A stretch of 64,000 bases of DNA from assembly GCA_964057225.1 (NCBI GenBank), contig CAXKVF010000079.1, positions 512,030-576,029 of the forward strand, given 5' to 3'. The translations under genes and the position numbers were made by a program. Source of the stretch: Auanema rhodensis (Eukaryota > Animalia > Nematoda). The stretch's first letter is position 1, and each line of letters opens with the position of its first letter. Under the pieces are notes generated by a model. That model was not told where the DNA came from. It saw nothing but the letters and a program-made list of their open reading frames with translations, and ran no database searches. Shown here in pieces: positions 1 to 13,530 of this stretch.

Positions 1-1045
1 ATGTAACTCGCTTCACGTGAAAGATAAAGAGATGCGGTTTTCAAAATTAGATTCCCCATGGCCATATTGGTCTAAAAACAAATTTTTATTGATATTGGTT
101 CATGGTAACCATGATTTTGAAATTTACGTGAACTTTAATTTATGCTAATTAAATGTACACGTGATGTGCACTTGGTATGTAACTCGCTTCACGTGAAAGA
201 TAAAGAGATGCGGTTTTCAAAATTAGATTCCCCATGTCCATATTAGTCTAAAAACAAATTTTTATTGATATTGGTGCATGGTAACCATGACTTTGAAATT
301 TACGTGAACTTTAATTTATGCTAATTAAATGTACACGTGATGTGCACTTGGTATGTAACTCGCTTCACGTGAAAGATAAAGAGATGCGGTTTTCAAAATT
401 AGATTCCCCATGTTCATATTAGTCTAAAAACAAATTTTTATTGATATTGGTTCATGGTAACCATGACTTTGAAATTTACGTGAACTTTAATTTATGCTAA
501 TTAAATGTACACGTGATGTGCACTTGGTATGTAACTCGCTTCACGTGAAAGATAAAGAGATGCGGTTTTCAAAATTAGATTCCCCATGTCCATATTAGTC
601 TAAAAACAAATTTTTATTGATATTGGTGCATGGTAACCATGACTTTGAAATTTACGTGAACTTTAATTTATGCTAATTAAATGTACACGTGATGTGCACT
701 TGGTATGTAACTCGCTTCACGTGAAAGATAAAGAGATGCGGTTTTCAAAATTAGATTCCCCATGTCCATATTAGTCTAAAAACAAATTTTTATTGATATT
801 GGTGCATGGTAACCATGACTTTGAAATTTAATTTATGCTAATTAAATGTACACTTGATGTGCACTTGGTATGTAACTCGCTTCACGTGAAAGATAAAGAG
901 ATGCGGTTTTCAAAATTAGATTCCCCATGTCCATATTAGTCTAAAAACAAATTTTTATTGATATTGGTGCATGGTAACCATGACTTTGAAATTTACGTGA
1001 ACTTTAATTTATGCTAATTAAATGTACACGTGATGTGCACTTGGT

Positions 1046-4000
1046 ATGTAACTCGCTTCACGTGAAAGATAAAGAGATGCGGTTTTCAAAATTAGATTCC
1101 CCATGTCCATATTAGTCTAAAACAAATTTTTATTGATATTGGTGCATGGTAACCATGACTTTGAAATTTACGTGAACTTTAATTTATGCTAATTAAATGT
1201 ACACGTGATGTGCACTTGGTATGTAACTCGCTTCACGTGAAAGATAAAGAGATGCGGTTTTCAAAATTAGATTCCCCATGTCCATATTAGTCTAAAAACA
1301 AATTTTTATTGATATTGGTGCATGGTAACCATGACTTTGAAATTTACGTGAACTTTAATTTATGCTAATTAAATGTACACGTGATGTGCACTTGGTATGT
1401 AACTCGTTTCACGTGAAAGATAAAGAGATGCGGTTTTCAAAATTAGATTCCCCATGTCCATATTAGTCTAAAAACGAATTTTTATTGATATTGGTTCATG
1501 GTAACCATGACTTTGAAATTTACGTGAACTTTAATTTATGCTAATTAAATGTACACGTGATGTGCACTTGGTATGTAACTCGCTTCACGTGAAAGATAAA
1601 GAGATGCGGTTTTCAAAATTAGATTCCCCATGTCCATATTAGTCTAAAAACAAATTTTTATTGATATTGGTGCATGGTAATCATGACTTTGAAATTTACG
1701 TGAACTTTAATTTATGCTAATTAAATGTACACGTGATGTGCACTTGGTATGTAACTCGCTTCACGTGAAAGATAAAGAGATGCGGTTTTCAAAATTAGAT
1801 TCCCCATGTCCATATTAGTCTAAAAACAAATTTTTATTGATATTGGTGCATGGTAACCATGACTTTGAAATTTACGTGAACTTTAATTTATGCTAATTAA
1901 ATGTACACGTGATGTGCACTTGGTATGTAACTCGCTTCACGTGAAAGATAAAGAGATGCGGTTTTCAAAATATTAGATTCCCCATGTTCATATTAGTCTA
2001 AAAACAAATTTTTATTGATATTGGTTCATGGTAACCATGACTTTGAAATTTACGTGAACTTTAATTTATGCTAATTAAATGTACACGTGATGTGCACTTG
2101 GTATGTAACTCGCTTCACGTGAAAGATAAAGAGATGCGGTTTTCAAAATTAGATTCCCCATGTCCATATTAGTCTAAAAACAAATTTTTATTGATATTGG
2201 TTCATGGTAACCATGACTTTGAAATTTACGTGAACTTTAATTTATGCTAATTAAATGTACACGTGATGTGCACTTGGTATGTAACTTGCTTCACGTGAAA
2301 GATAAAGAGATGCGGTTTCCAAAATTAGATTCCCCATGTCCATATTAGTCTAAAAACAAATTTTTATTGATATTGGTGCATGGTAACCATGACTTTGAAA
2401 TTTACGTGAACTTTAATTTATGCTAATTAAATGTACACGTGATGTGCACTTGGTATGTAACTCGCTTCACGTGAAAGATAAAGAGATGCGGTTTTCAAAA
2501 TTAGATTCCCCATGTCCATATTAGTCTAAAAACAAATTTTTATTGATATTGGTTCATGGTAACCATGTCTTTGAAAATTACGTGAACTTTAATTTATGCT
2601 AATTAAATGTACACGTGATGTGCACTTGGTATGTAACTCGCTTCACGTGAAAGATAAAGAGATGCGGTTTTCAAAATTAGATTCCCCATGTCCATATTAG
2701 TCTAAAAATAAATTTTTATTGATATTGGTGCATGGTAACCATGACTTTGAAATTTACGTGAACTTTAATTTATGCTAATTAAATGTACACGTGATGTGCA
2801 CTTGGTATGTAACTCGCTTCACGTGAAAGATAAAGAGATGCGGTTTTCAAAATTAGATTCCCCATGTCCATATTAGTCTAAAAATAAATTTTTATTGATA
2901 TTGGTGCATGGTAACCATGACTTTGAAATTTACGTGAACTTTAATTTATGCTAATTAAATGTACACGTGATGTGCACTTGGTATGGAACTCGCTTCACGT
3001 GAAAGATAAAGAGATGCGGTTTTCAAAATTAGATTCCCCATGTCCATATTAGTCTAAAAACAAATTTTTATTGATATTGGTGCATGGTAACCATGACTTT
3101 GAAATTTACGTGAACTTTAATTTATGCTAATTAAATGTACACGTGATGTGCACTTGGTATGTAACTCGCTTCACGTGAAAGATAAAGAGATGCGGTTTTC
3201 AAAATTAGATTCCCCATGTTCATATTAGTCTAAAAACAAATTTTTATTGATATTGGTTCATGGTAACCATGACTTTGAAATTTACGTGAACTTTAATTTA
3301 TGCTAATTAAATGTACACGTGATGTGCACTTGGTATGTAACTCGCTTCACGTGAAAGATAAAGAGATGCGGTTTTCAAAATTAGATTCCCCATGTCCATA
3401 TTAGTCTAAAAACAAATTTTTATTGATATTGGTGCATGGTAACCATGACTTTGAAATTTACGTGAACTTTAATTTATGCTAATTAAATGTACACGTGATG
3501 TGCACTTGGTATGTAACTCGCTTCACGTGAAAGATAAAGAGATGCGGTTTTCAAAATTAGATTCCCCATGTCCATATTAGTCTAAAAACAAATTTTTATT
3601 GATATTGGTGCATGGTAACCATGACTTTGAAATTTACGTGAACTTTAATTTATGCTAATTAAATGTACACGTGATGTGCACTTGGTATGTAACTCGCTTC
3701 ACGTGAAAGATAAAGAGATGCGGTTTTCAAAATTAGATTCCCCATGTCCATATTAGTCTAAAACAAATTTTTATTGATATTGGTGCATGGTAACCATGAC
3801 TTTGAAATTTACGTGAACTTTAATTTATGCTAATTAAATGTACACGTGATGTGCACTTGGTATGTAACTCGCTTCACGTGAAAGATAAAGAGATGCGGTT
3901 TTCAAAATTAGATTCCCCATGTTCATATTAGTCTAAAAACAAATTTTTATTGATATTGGTTCATGGTAACCATGACTTTGAAATTTACGTGAACTTTAAT

Positions 4001-6140
4001 TTATGCTAATTAAATGTACACGTGATGTGCACTTGGTATGTAACTCGCTTCACGTGAAAGATAAAGAGATGCGGTTTTCAAAATTAGATTCCCCATGTCC
4101 ATATTAGTCTAAAAACAAATTTTTATTGATATTGGTGCATGGTAACCATGACTTTGAAATTTACGTGAACTTTAATTTATGCTAATTAAATGTACACGTG
4201 ATGTGCACTTGGTATGTAACTCGCTTCACGTGAAAGATAAAGAGATGCGGTTTTCAAAATTAGATTCCCCATGTCCATATTAGTCTAAAAACAAATTTTT
4301 ATTGATATTGGTGCATGGTAACCATGACTTTGAAATTTACGTGAACTTTAATTTATGCTAATTAAATGTACACGTGATGTGCACTTGGTATGTAACTCGC
4401 TTCACGTGAAAGATAAAGAGATGCGGTTTTCAAAATTAGATTCCCCATGTCCATATTAGTCTAAAACAAATTTTTATTGATATTGGTGCATGGTAACCAT
4501 GACTTTGAAATTTACGTGAACTTTAATTTATGCTAATTAAATGTACACGTGATGTGCACTTGGTATGTAACTCGCTTCACGTGAAAGATAAAGAGATGCG
4601 GTTTTCAAAATTAGATTCCCCATGTCCATATTAGTCTAAAAACAAATTTTTATTGATATTGGTGCATGGTAACCATGACTTTGAAATTTACGTGAACTTT
4701 AATTTATGCTAATTAAATGTACACGTGATGTGCACTTGGTATGTAACTCGTTTCACGTGAAAGATAAAGAGATGCGGTTTTCAAAATTAGATTCCCCATG
4801 TCCATATTAGTCTAAAAACGAATTTTTATTGATATTGGTTCATGGTAACCATGACTTTGAAATTTACGTGAACTTTAATTTATGCTAATTAAATGTACAC
4901 GTGATGTGCACTTGGTATGTAACTCGCTTCACGTGAAAGATAAAGAGATGCGGTTTTCAAAATTAGATTCCCCATGTCCATATTAGTCTAAAAACAAATT
5001 TTTATTGATATTGGTGCATGGTAATCATGACTTTGAAATTTACGTGAACTTTAATTTATGCTAATTAAATGTACACGTGATGTGCACTTGGTATGTAACT
5101 CGCTTCACGTGAAAGATAAAGAGATGCGGTTTTCAAAATTAGATTCCCCATGTCCATATTAGTCTAAAAACAAATTTTTATTGATATTGGTGCATGGTAA
5201 CCATGACTTTGAAATTTACGTGAACTTTAATTTATGCTAATTAAATGTACACGTGATGTGCACTTGGTATGTAACTCGCTTCACGTGAAAGATAAAGAGA
5301 TGCGGTTTTCAAAATATTAGATTCCCCATGTTCATATTAGTCTAAAAACAAATTTTTATTGATATTGGTTCATGGTAACCATGACTTTGAAATTTACGTG
5401 AACTTTAATTTATGCTAATTAAATGTACACGTGATGTGCACTTGGTATGTAACTCGCTTCACGTGAAAGATAAAGAGATGCGGTTTTCAAAATTAGATTC
5501 CCCATGTCCATATTAGTCTAAAAACAAATTTTTATTGATATTGGTTCATGGTAACCATGACTTTGAAATTTACGTGAACTTTAATTTATGCTAATTAAAT
5601 GTACACGTGATGTGCACTTGGTATGTAACTTGCTTCACGTGAAAGATAAAGAGATGCGGTTTCCAAAATTAGATTCCCCATGTCCATATTAGTCTAAAAA
5701 CAAATTTTTATTGATATTGGTGCATGGTAACCATGACTTTGAAATTTACGTGAACTTTAATTTATGCTAATTAAATGTACACGTGATGTGCACTTGGTAT
5801 GTAACTCGCTTCACGTGAAAGATAAAGAGATGCGGTTTTCAAAATTAGATTCCCCATGTCCATATTAGTCTAAAAACAAATTTTTATTGATATTGGTTCA
5901 TGGTAACCATGTCTTTGAAAATTACGTGAACTTTAATTTATGCTAATTAAATGTACACGTGATGTGCACTTGGTATGTAACTCGCTTCACGTGAAAGATA
6001 AAGAGATGCGGTTTTCAAAATTAGATTCCCCATGTCCATATTAGTCTAAAAATAAATTTTTATTGATATTGGTGCATGGTAACCATGACTTTGAAATTTA
6101 CGTGAACTTTAATTTATGCTAATTAAATGTACACGTGATG
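1046..6140. repeat. Block duplication within the satellite at a 19-monomer offset (3,344 bp)
   Basis: The same ordered rare variants recur at +3344: cgtttc 1407/4751, aaaatattag 1971/5315, gtctttgaaaatta 2567/5911. The ggtttcc, gtaatcatg and aaaaataaa variants also recur. Confidence 0.88.
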
Positions 6141-9100
6141 TGCACTTGGTATGTAACTCGCTTCACGTGAAAGATAAAGAGATGCGGTTTTCAAAATTAG
6201 ATTCCCCATGTCCATATTAGTCTAAAAACAAATTTTTATTGATATTGGTGCATGGTAACCATGACTTTGAAATTTACGTGAACTTTAATTTATGCTAATT
6301 AAATGTACACGTGATGTGCACTTGGTATGTAACTCGCTTCACGTGAAAGATAAAGAGATGCGGTTTTCAAAATTAGATTCCCCATGTCCATATTAGTCTA
6401 AAAACAAATTTTTATTGATATTGGTGCATGGTAATCATGACTTTGAAATTTACGTGAACTTTAATTTATGCTAATTAAATGTACACGTGATGTGCACTTG
6501 GTATGTAACTCGCTTCACGTGAAAGATAAAGAGATGCGGTTTTCAAAATTAGATTCCCCATGTCCATATTAGTCTAAAAACAAATTTTTATTGATATTGG
6601 TGCATGGTAACCATGACTTTGAAATTTACGTGAACTTTAATTTATGCTAATTAAATGTACACGTGATGTGCACTTGGTATGTAACTCGCTTCACGTGAAA
6701 GATAAAGAGATGCGGTTTTCAAAATTAGATTCCCCATGTCCATATTAGTCTAAAAACAAATTTTTATTGATATTGGTGCATGGTAACCATGACTTTGAAA
6801 TTTACGTGAACTTTAATTTATGCTAATTAAATGTACACGTGATGTGCACTTGGTATGTAACTCGCTTCACGTGAAAGATAAAGAGATGCGGTTCTCAAAA
6901 TTAGATTCCCCATGTCCATATTAGTCTAAAAACAAATTTTTATTGATATTGGTGCATGGTAACCATGACTTTGAAATTTACGTGAACTTTAATTCATGCT
7001 AATTAAATGTACACGTGATGTGCACTTGGTATGTAACTCGCTTCACGTGAAAGATAAAGAGATGCGGTTTTCAAAATTAGATTCCCCATGTCCATATTAG
7101 TCTAAAAACAAATTTTTATTGATATTGGTGCATGGTAACCATGACTTTGAAATTTACGTGAACTTTAATTTATGCTAATTAAATGTACACGTGATGTGCA
7201 CTTGGTATGTAACTCGCTTCACGTGAAAGATAAAGAGATGCGGTTTTCAAAATTAGATTCCCCATGTCCATATTAGTCTAAAACAAATTTTTATTGATAT
7301 TGGTGCATGGTAACCATGACTTTGAAATTTACGTGAACTTTAATTTATGCTAATTAAATGTACACGTGATGTGCACTTGGTATGTAACTCGCTTCACGTG
7401 AAAGATAAAGAGATGCGGTTTTCAAAAATAGATTCCCCATGTCCATATTAGTCTAAAAACAAATTTTTATTGATATTGGTTCATGGTAACCATGACTTTG
7501 AAATTTACGTGAACTTTAATTTATGCTAATTAAATGTACACGTGATGTGCACTTGGTATGTAACTCGCTTCACGTGAAAGATAAAGAGATGCGGTTTTCA
7601 AAATTAGATTCCCCATGTCCATATTAGTCTAAAAACAAATTTTTATTGATATTGGTGCATGGTAACCATGACTTTGAAATTTACGTGAACTTTAATTTAT
7701 GCTAATTAAATGTACACGTGATGTGCACTTGGTATGTAACTCGCTTCACGTGAAAGATAAAGAGATGCGGTTTTCAAAATTAGATTCCCCATGTCCATAT
7801 TAGTCTAAAACAAATTTTTATTGATATTGGTGCATGGTAACCATGACTTTGAAATTTACGTGAACTTTAATTTATGCTAATTAAATGTACACGTGATGTG
7901 CACTTGGTATGTAACTCGCTTCACGTGAAAGATAAAGAGATGCGGTTTTCAAAATTAGATTCCCCATGTCCATATTAGTCTAAAAACAAATTTTTATTGA
8001 TATTGGTTCATGGTAACCATGACTTTGAAATTTACGTGAACTTTAATTTATGCTAATTAAATGTACACGTGATGTGCACTTGGTATGTAACTCGCTTCAC
8101 GTGAAAGATAAAGAGATGCGGTTTTCAAAATTAGATTCCCCATGTCCATATTGGTCTAAAAACAAATTTTTATTGATATTGGTTCATGGTAACCATGATT
8201 TTGAAATTTACGTGAACTTTAATTTATGCTAATTAAATGTACACGTGATGTGCACTTGGTATGTAACTCGCTTCACGTGAAAGATAAAGAGATGCGGTTT
8301 TCAAAATTAGATTCCCCATGTCCATATTAGTCTAAAAACAAATTTTTATTGATATTGGTGCATGGTAACCATGACTTTGAAATTTACGTGAACTTTAATT
8401 TATGCTAATTAAATGTACACGTGATGTGCACTTGGTATGTAACTCGCTTCACGTGAAAGATAAAGAGATGCGGTTTTCAAAATTAGATTCCCCATGTTCA
8501 TATTAGTCTAAAAACAAATTTTTATTGATATTGGTTCATGGTAACCATGACTTTGAAATTTACGTGAACTTTAATTTATGCTAATTAAATGTACACGTGA
8601 TGTGCACTTGGTATGTAACTCGCTTCACGTGAAAGATAAAGAGATGCGGTTTTCAAAATTAGATTCCCCATGTCCATATTAGTCTAAAAACAAATTTTTA
8701 TTGATATTGGTGCATGGTAACCATGACTTTGAAATTTACGTGAACTTTAATTTATGCTAATTAAATGTACACGTGATGTGCACTTGGTATGTAACTCGCT
8801 TCACGTGAAAGATAAAGAGATGCGGTTTTCAAAATATTAGATTCCCCATGTTCATATTAGTCTAAAAACAAATTTTTATTGATATTGGTTCATGGTAACC
8901 ATGACTTTGAAATTTACGTGAACTTTAATTTATGCTAATTAAATGTACACGTGATGTGCACTTGGTATGTAACTCGCTTCACGTGAAAGATAAAGAGATG
9001 AGGTTTTCAAAATTAGATTCCCCATGTCCATATTAGTCTAAAAACAAATTTTTATTGATATTGGTGCATGGTAACCATGACTTTGAAATTTACGTGAACT

Positions 9101-9399
9101 TTAATTTATGCTAATTAAATGTACACGTGATGTGCACTTGGTATGTAACTCGCTTCACGTGAAAGATAAAGAGATGCGGTTTTCAAAATTAGATTTCCCA
9201 TGTCCATATTAGTCTAAACACAAATTTTTATTGATATTGGTTCATGGTAACCATGACTTTGAAATTTACGTGAACTTTAATTTATGCTAATTAAATGTAC
9301 ACGTGATGTGCACTTGGTATGTAACTCGCTTCACGTGAAAGATAAAGAGATGCGGTTTTCGAAATTAGATTCCCCATGTCCATATTAGTCTAAAAACAA

Positions 9400-11360
9400 A
9401 TTTTTATTGATATTGGTTCATGGTAACCATGTCTTTGAAAATTACGTGAACTTTAATTTATGCTAATTAAATGTACACGTGATGTGCACTTGGTATGTAA
9501 CTCGCTTCACGTGAAAGATAAAGAGATGCGGTTTTCAAAATTAGATTCCACATGTCCATATTAGTCTAAAAACAAATTTTTATTGATATTGGTGCATGGT
9601 AACCATGACTTTGAAATTTACGTGAACTTTAATTTATGCTAATTAAATGTACACGTGATGTGCACTTAGTATGTAACTCGCTTCACGTGAAAGATAAAGA
9701 GATGTGGTTTTCAAAATTAGATTCCCCATGTCCATATTAGTCTAAAAACAAATTTTTATTGATATTGGTTCATGGTAACCATGACTTTGAAATTTACGTG
9801 AACTTTAATTTATGCTAATTAAATGTACACGTGATGTGCACTTGGTATGTAACTCGCTTCACGTGAAAGATAAAGAGATGCGGTTTTCAAAATTAGATTC
9901 CCCATGTCCATATTAGTCTAAAAACAAATTTTTATTGATATTGGTTCATGGTAACCATGACTTTGAAATTTACGTGAACTTTAATTTATTCTAATTAAAT
10001 GTACACGTGATGTGCACTTGGTATGTAACTCGCTTCACGTGAAAGATAAAGAGATGAGGTTTTCAAAATTAGATTCCCCATGTCCATATTAGTCTAAAAA
10101 CAAATTTTTATTGATATTGGTTCATGGTAACCATGACTTTGAAATTTACGTGAACTTTAATTTATGCTAATTAAATGTACACGTGATGTGCACTTGGTAT
10201 GTAACTTGCTTCACGTGAAAGATAAAGAGATGCGGTTTTCAAAATTAGATTCCCCATGTCCATATTAGTCTAAAAACAAATTTTTATTGATATTGGTGCA
10301 TGGTAACCATGACTTTGAAATTTACGTGAACTTTAATTTATGCTAATTAAATGTACACGTGATGTGCACTTGGTATGTAACTCGCTTCACGTGAAAGATA
10401 AAGAGATGCGGTTTTCAAAATTAGATTCCCCATGTCCATATTAGTCTAAAAACAAATTTTTATTGATATTGGTTCATGGTAACCATGACTTTGAAATTTA
10501 CGTGAACTTTAATTTATGCTAATTAAATGTACACGTGATGTGCACTTGGTATGTAACTCGCTTCACGTGAAAGATAAAGAGATGCGGTTTTCAAAATTAG
10601 ATTCCCCATGTCCATATTAGTCTAAAAACAAATTTTTATTGATATTGGTTCATGGTAACCATGTCTTTGAAAATTACGTGAACTTTAATTTATGCTAATT
10701 AAATGTACACGTGATGTGCACTTGGTATGTAACTCGCTTCACGTGAAAGATAAAGAGATGCGGTTTTCAAAATTAGATTCCACATGTCCATATTAGTCTA
10801 AAAACAAATTTTTATTGATATTGGTGCATGGTAACCATGACTTTGAAATTTACGTGAACTTTAATTTATGCTAATTAAATGTACACGTGATGTGCACTTA
10901 GTATGTAACTCGCTTCACGTGAAAGATAAAGAGATGTGGTTTTCAAAATTAGATTCCCCATGTCCATATTAGTCTAAAAACAAATTTTTATTGATATTGG
11001 TTCATGGTAACCATGACTTTGAAATTTACGTGAACTTTAATTTATGCTAATTAAATGTACACGTGATGTGCACTTGGTATGTAACTCGCTTCACGTGAAA
11101 GATAAAGAGATGCGGTTTTCAAAATTAGATTTCCCATGTCCATATTAGTCTAAAAACAAATTTTTATTGATATTGGTTCATGGTAACCATGACTTTGAAA
11201 TTTACGTGAACTTTAATTTATTCTAATTAAATGTACACGTGATGTGCACTTGGTATGTAACTCGCTTCACGTGAAAGATAAAGAGATGAGGTTTTCAAAA
11301 TTAGATTCCCCATGTCCATATTAGTCTAAAAACAAATTTTTATTGATATTGGTTCATGGT
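9400..11360. repeat. Duplication at a 7-monomer offset (1,232 bp)
   Basis: gtctttgaaaatta at 9431/10663. The attccacatg, cacttagt, gatgtggtt, tttattct and gatgagg variants all recur at +1232. Confidence 0.88.
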
Positions 11361-11769
11361 AACCATGACTTTGAAATTTACGTGAACTTTAATTTATGCT
11401 AATTAAATGTACACGTGATGTGCACTTGGTATGTAACTCGCTTCACGTGAAAGATAAAGAGATGCGGTTTTCAAAATTAGATTCCCCATGTCCATATTAG
11501 TCTAAAAACAAATTTTTATTGATATTGGTTCATGGTAACCATGACTTTGAAATTTACGTGAACTTTAACTTATGCTAATTAAATGTACACGTGATGTGCA
11601 CTTGGTATGTAACTCGCTTCACGTGAAAGATAAAGAGATGCGGTTTTCAAAATTAGATTCCCCATGTCCATATTAGTCTAAAAACAAATTTTTATTGATA
11701 TTGGTTCATGGTAACCATGACTTTGAAATTTACGTGAACTTTAATTTATGCTAATTAAATGTACACGTG

Positions 11770-13530
11770 ATGTGCACTTGGTATGTAACTTGCTTCACGT
11801 GAAAGATAAAGAGATGCGGTTTTCAAAATTAGATTCCCCATGTCCATATTAGTCTAAAAACAAATTTTTATTGATATTGGTGCATGGTAACCATGACTTT
11901 GAAATTTACGTGAACTTTAATTTATGCTAATTAAATGTACACGTGATGGGCACTTGGTATGTAACTCGCTTCACGTGAAAGATAAAGAGATGCGGTTTTC
12001 AAAATTAGATTCCCCATGTCCATATTAGTCTAAAAACAAATTTTTATTGATATTGGTTCATGGTAACCATGACTTTGAAATTTACGTGAACTTTAATTTA
12101 TGCTAATTAAATGTACACGTGATGTGCACTTGGTATGTAACTCGCTTCACGTGAAAGATAAAGAGATGCGGTTTTCAAAATTAGATTCCCCATGTCCATA
12201 TTAGTCTAAAAACAAATTTTTATTGATATTGGTTCATGGTAACCATGACTTTGAAATTTACGTGAACTTTAACTTATGCTAATTGAATGTACACGTGATG
12301 TGCACTTGGTATGTAACTCGCTTCACGTGAAAGATAAAGAGATGCGGTTTTCAAAATTAGATTCCCCATGTCCATATTAGTCTAAAAACAAATTTTTATT
12401 GATATTGGTGCATGGTAACCATGACTTTGAAATTTACGTGAACTTTAATTTATGCTAATTAAATGTACACGTTATGTGCACTTGGTATGTAACTCGCTTC
12501 ACTTGAAAGATAAAGAGATGCGGTTTTCAAAATTAGATTCCCCATGTTCATATTAGTCTAAAAACAAATTTTTATTGATATTGGTTCATGGTAACCATGA
12601 CTTTGAAATTTACGTGAACTTTAATTTATGCTAATTAAATGTACACGTGATGTGCACTTGGTATGTAACTTGCTTCACGTGAAAGATAAAGAGATGCGGT
12701 TTTCAAAATTAGATTCCCCATGTCCATATTAGTCTAAAAACAAATTTTTATTGATATTGGTGCATGGTAACCATGACTTTGAAATTTACGTGAACTTTAA
12801 TTTATGCTAATTAAATGTACACGTGATGGGCACTTGGTATGTAACTCGCTTCACGTGAAAGATAAAGAGATGCGGTTTTCAAAATTAGATTCCCCATGTC
12901 CATATTAGTCTAAAAACAAATTTTTATTGATATTGGTTCATGGTAACCATGACTTTGAAATTTACGTGAACTTTAATTTATGCTAATTAAATGTACACGT
13001 GATGTGCACTTGGTATGTAACTCGCTTCACGTGAAAGATAAAGAGATGCGGTTTTCAAAATTAGATTCCCCATGTCCATATTAGTCTAAAAACAAATTTT
13101 TATTGATATTGGTTCATGGTAACCATGACTTTGAAATTTACGTGAACTTTAACTTATGCTAATTGAATGTACACGTGATGTGCACTTGGTATGTAACTCG
13201 CTTCACGTGAAAGATAAAGAGATGCGGTTTTCAAAATTAGATTCCCCATGTCCATATTAGTCTAAAAACAAATTTTTATTGATATTGGTGCATGGTAACC
13301 ATGACTTTGAAATTTACGTGAACTTTAATTTATGCTAATTAAATGTACACGTTATGTGCACTTGGTATGTAACTCGCTTCACTTGAAAGATAAAGAGATG
13401 CGGTTTTCAAAATTAGATTCCCCATGTTCATATTAGTCTAAAAACAAATTTTTATTGATATTGGTTCATGGTAACCATGACTTTGAAATTTACGTGAACT
13501 TTAATTTATGCTAATTAAATGTACACGTGA
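11770..13530. repeat. Tandem duplication of a 5-monomer unit (880 bp)
   Basis: acgtgatggg at 11941/12821, aacttatgctaattgaat at 12271/13151, gttatg at 12471/13351, acttgaaag at 12501/13381. Confidence 0.9.

Noticed and set aside
1-176. Hammerhead ribozyme in the satellite (as in newt, schistosome or cricket satellites), CENP-B box, or 5S/tRNA/SL RNA tandem gene
   Set aside because: No CUGANGA core on either strand, no TTCG....A..CGGG box, and no recognisable Pol III boxes, cloverleaf or spliced-leader sequence by eye. An Rfam scan would be the definitive test.
1115-1125. 1-bp A-tract deletions (ctaaaacaaa at ~1120, 3760, 4465, 7280, 7808, 18370) as sequencing errors or as a separate feature
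   Set aside because: At least one pair recurs at the 3,344-bp duplication offset, so they are probably real inherited variants. They add nothing beyond the duplication findings, and homopolymer error cannot be excluded for each one.
8050-8232. 60-aa ORF (also 54521-54703) as a protein-coding gene
   Set aside because: It is just a satellite monomer whose single TAG has mutated. Nearly all other copies keep the stop, 176 is not a multiple of 3, and a frame with one stop in 60 codons among six frames is plausible by chance.
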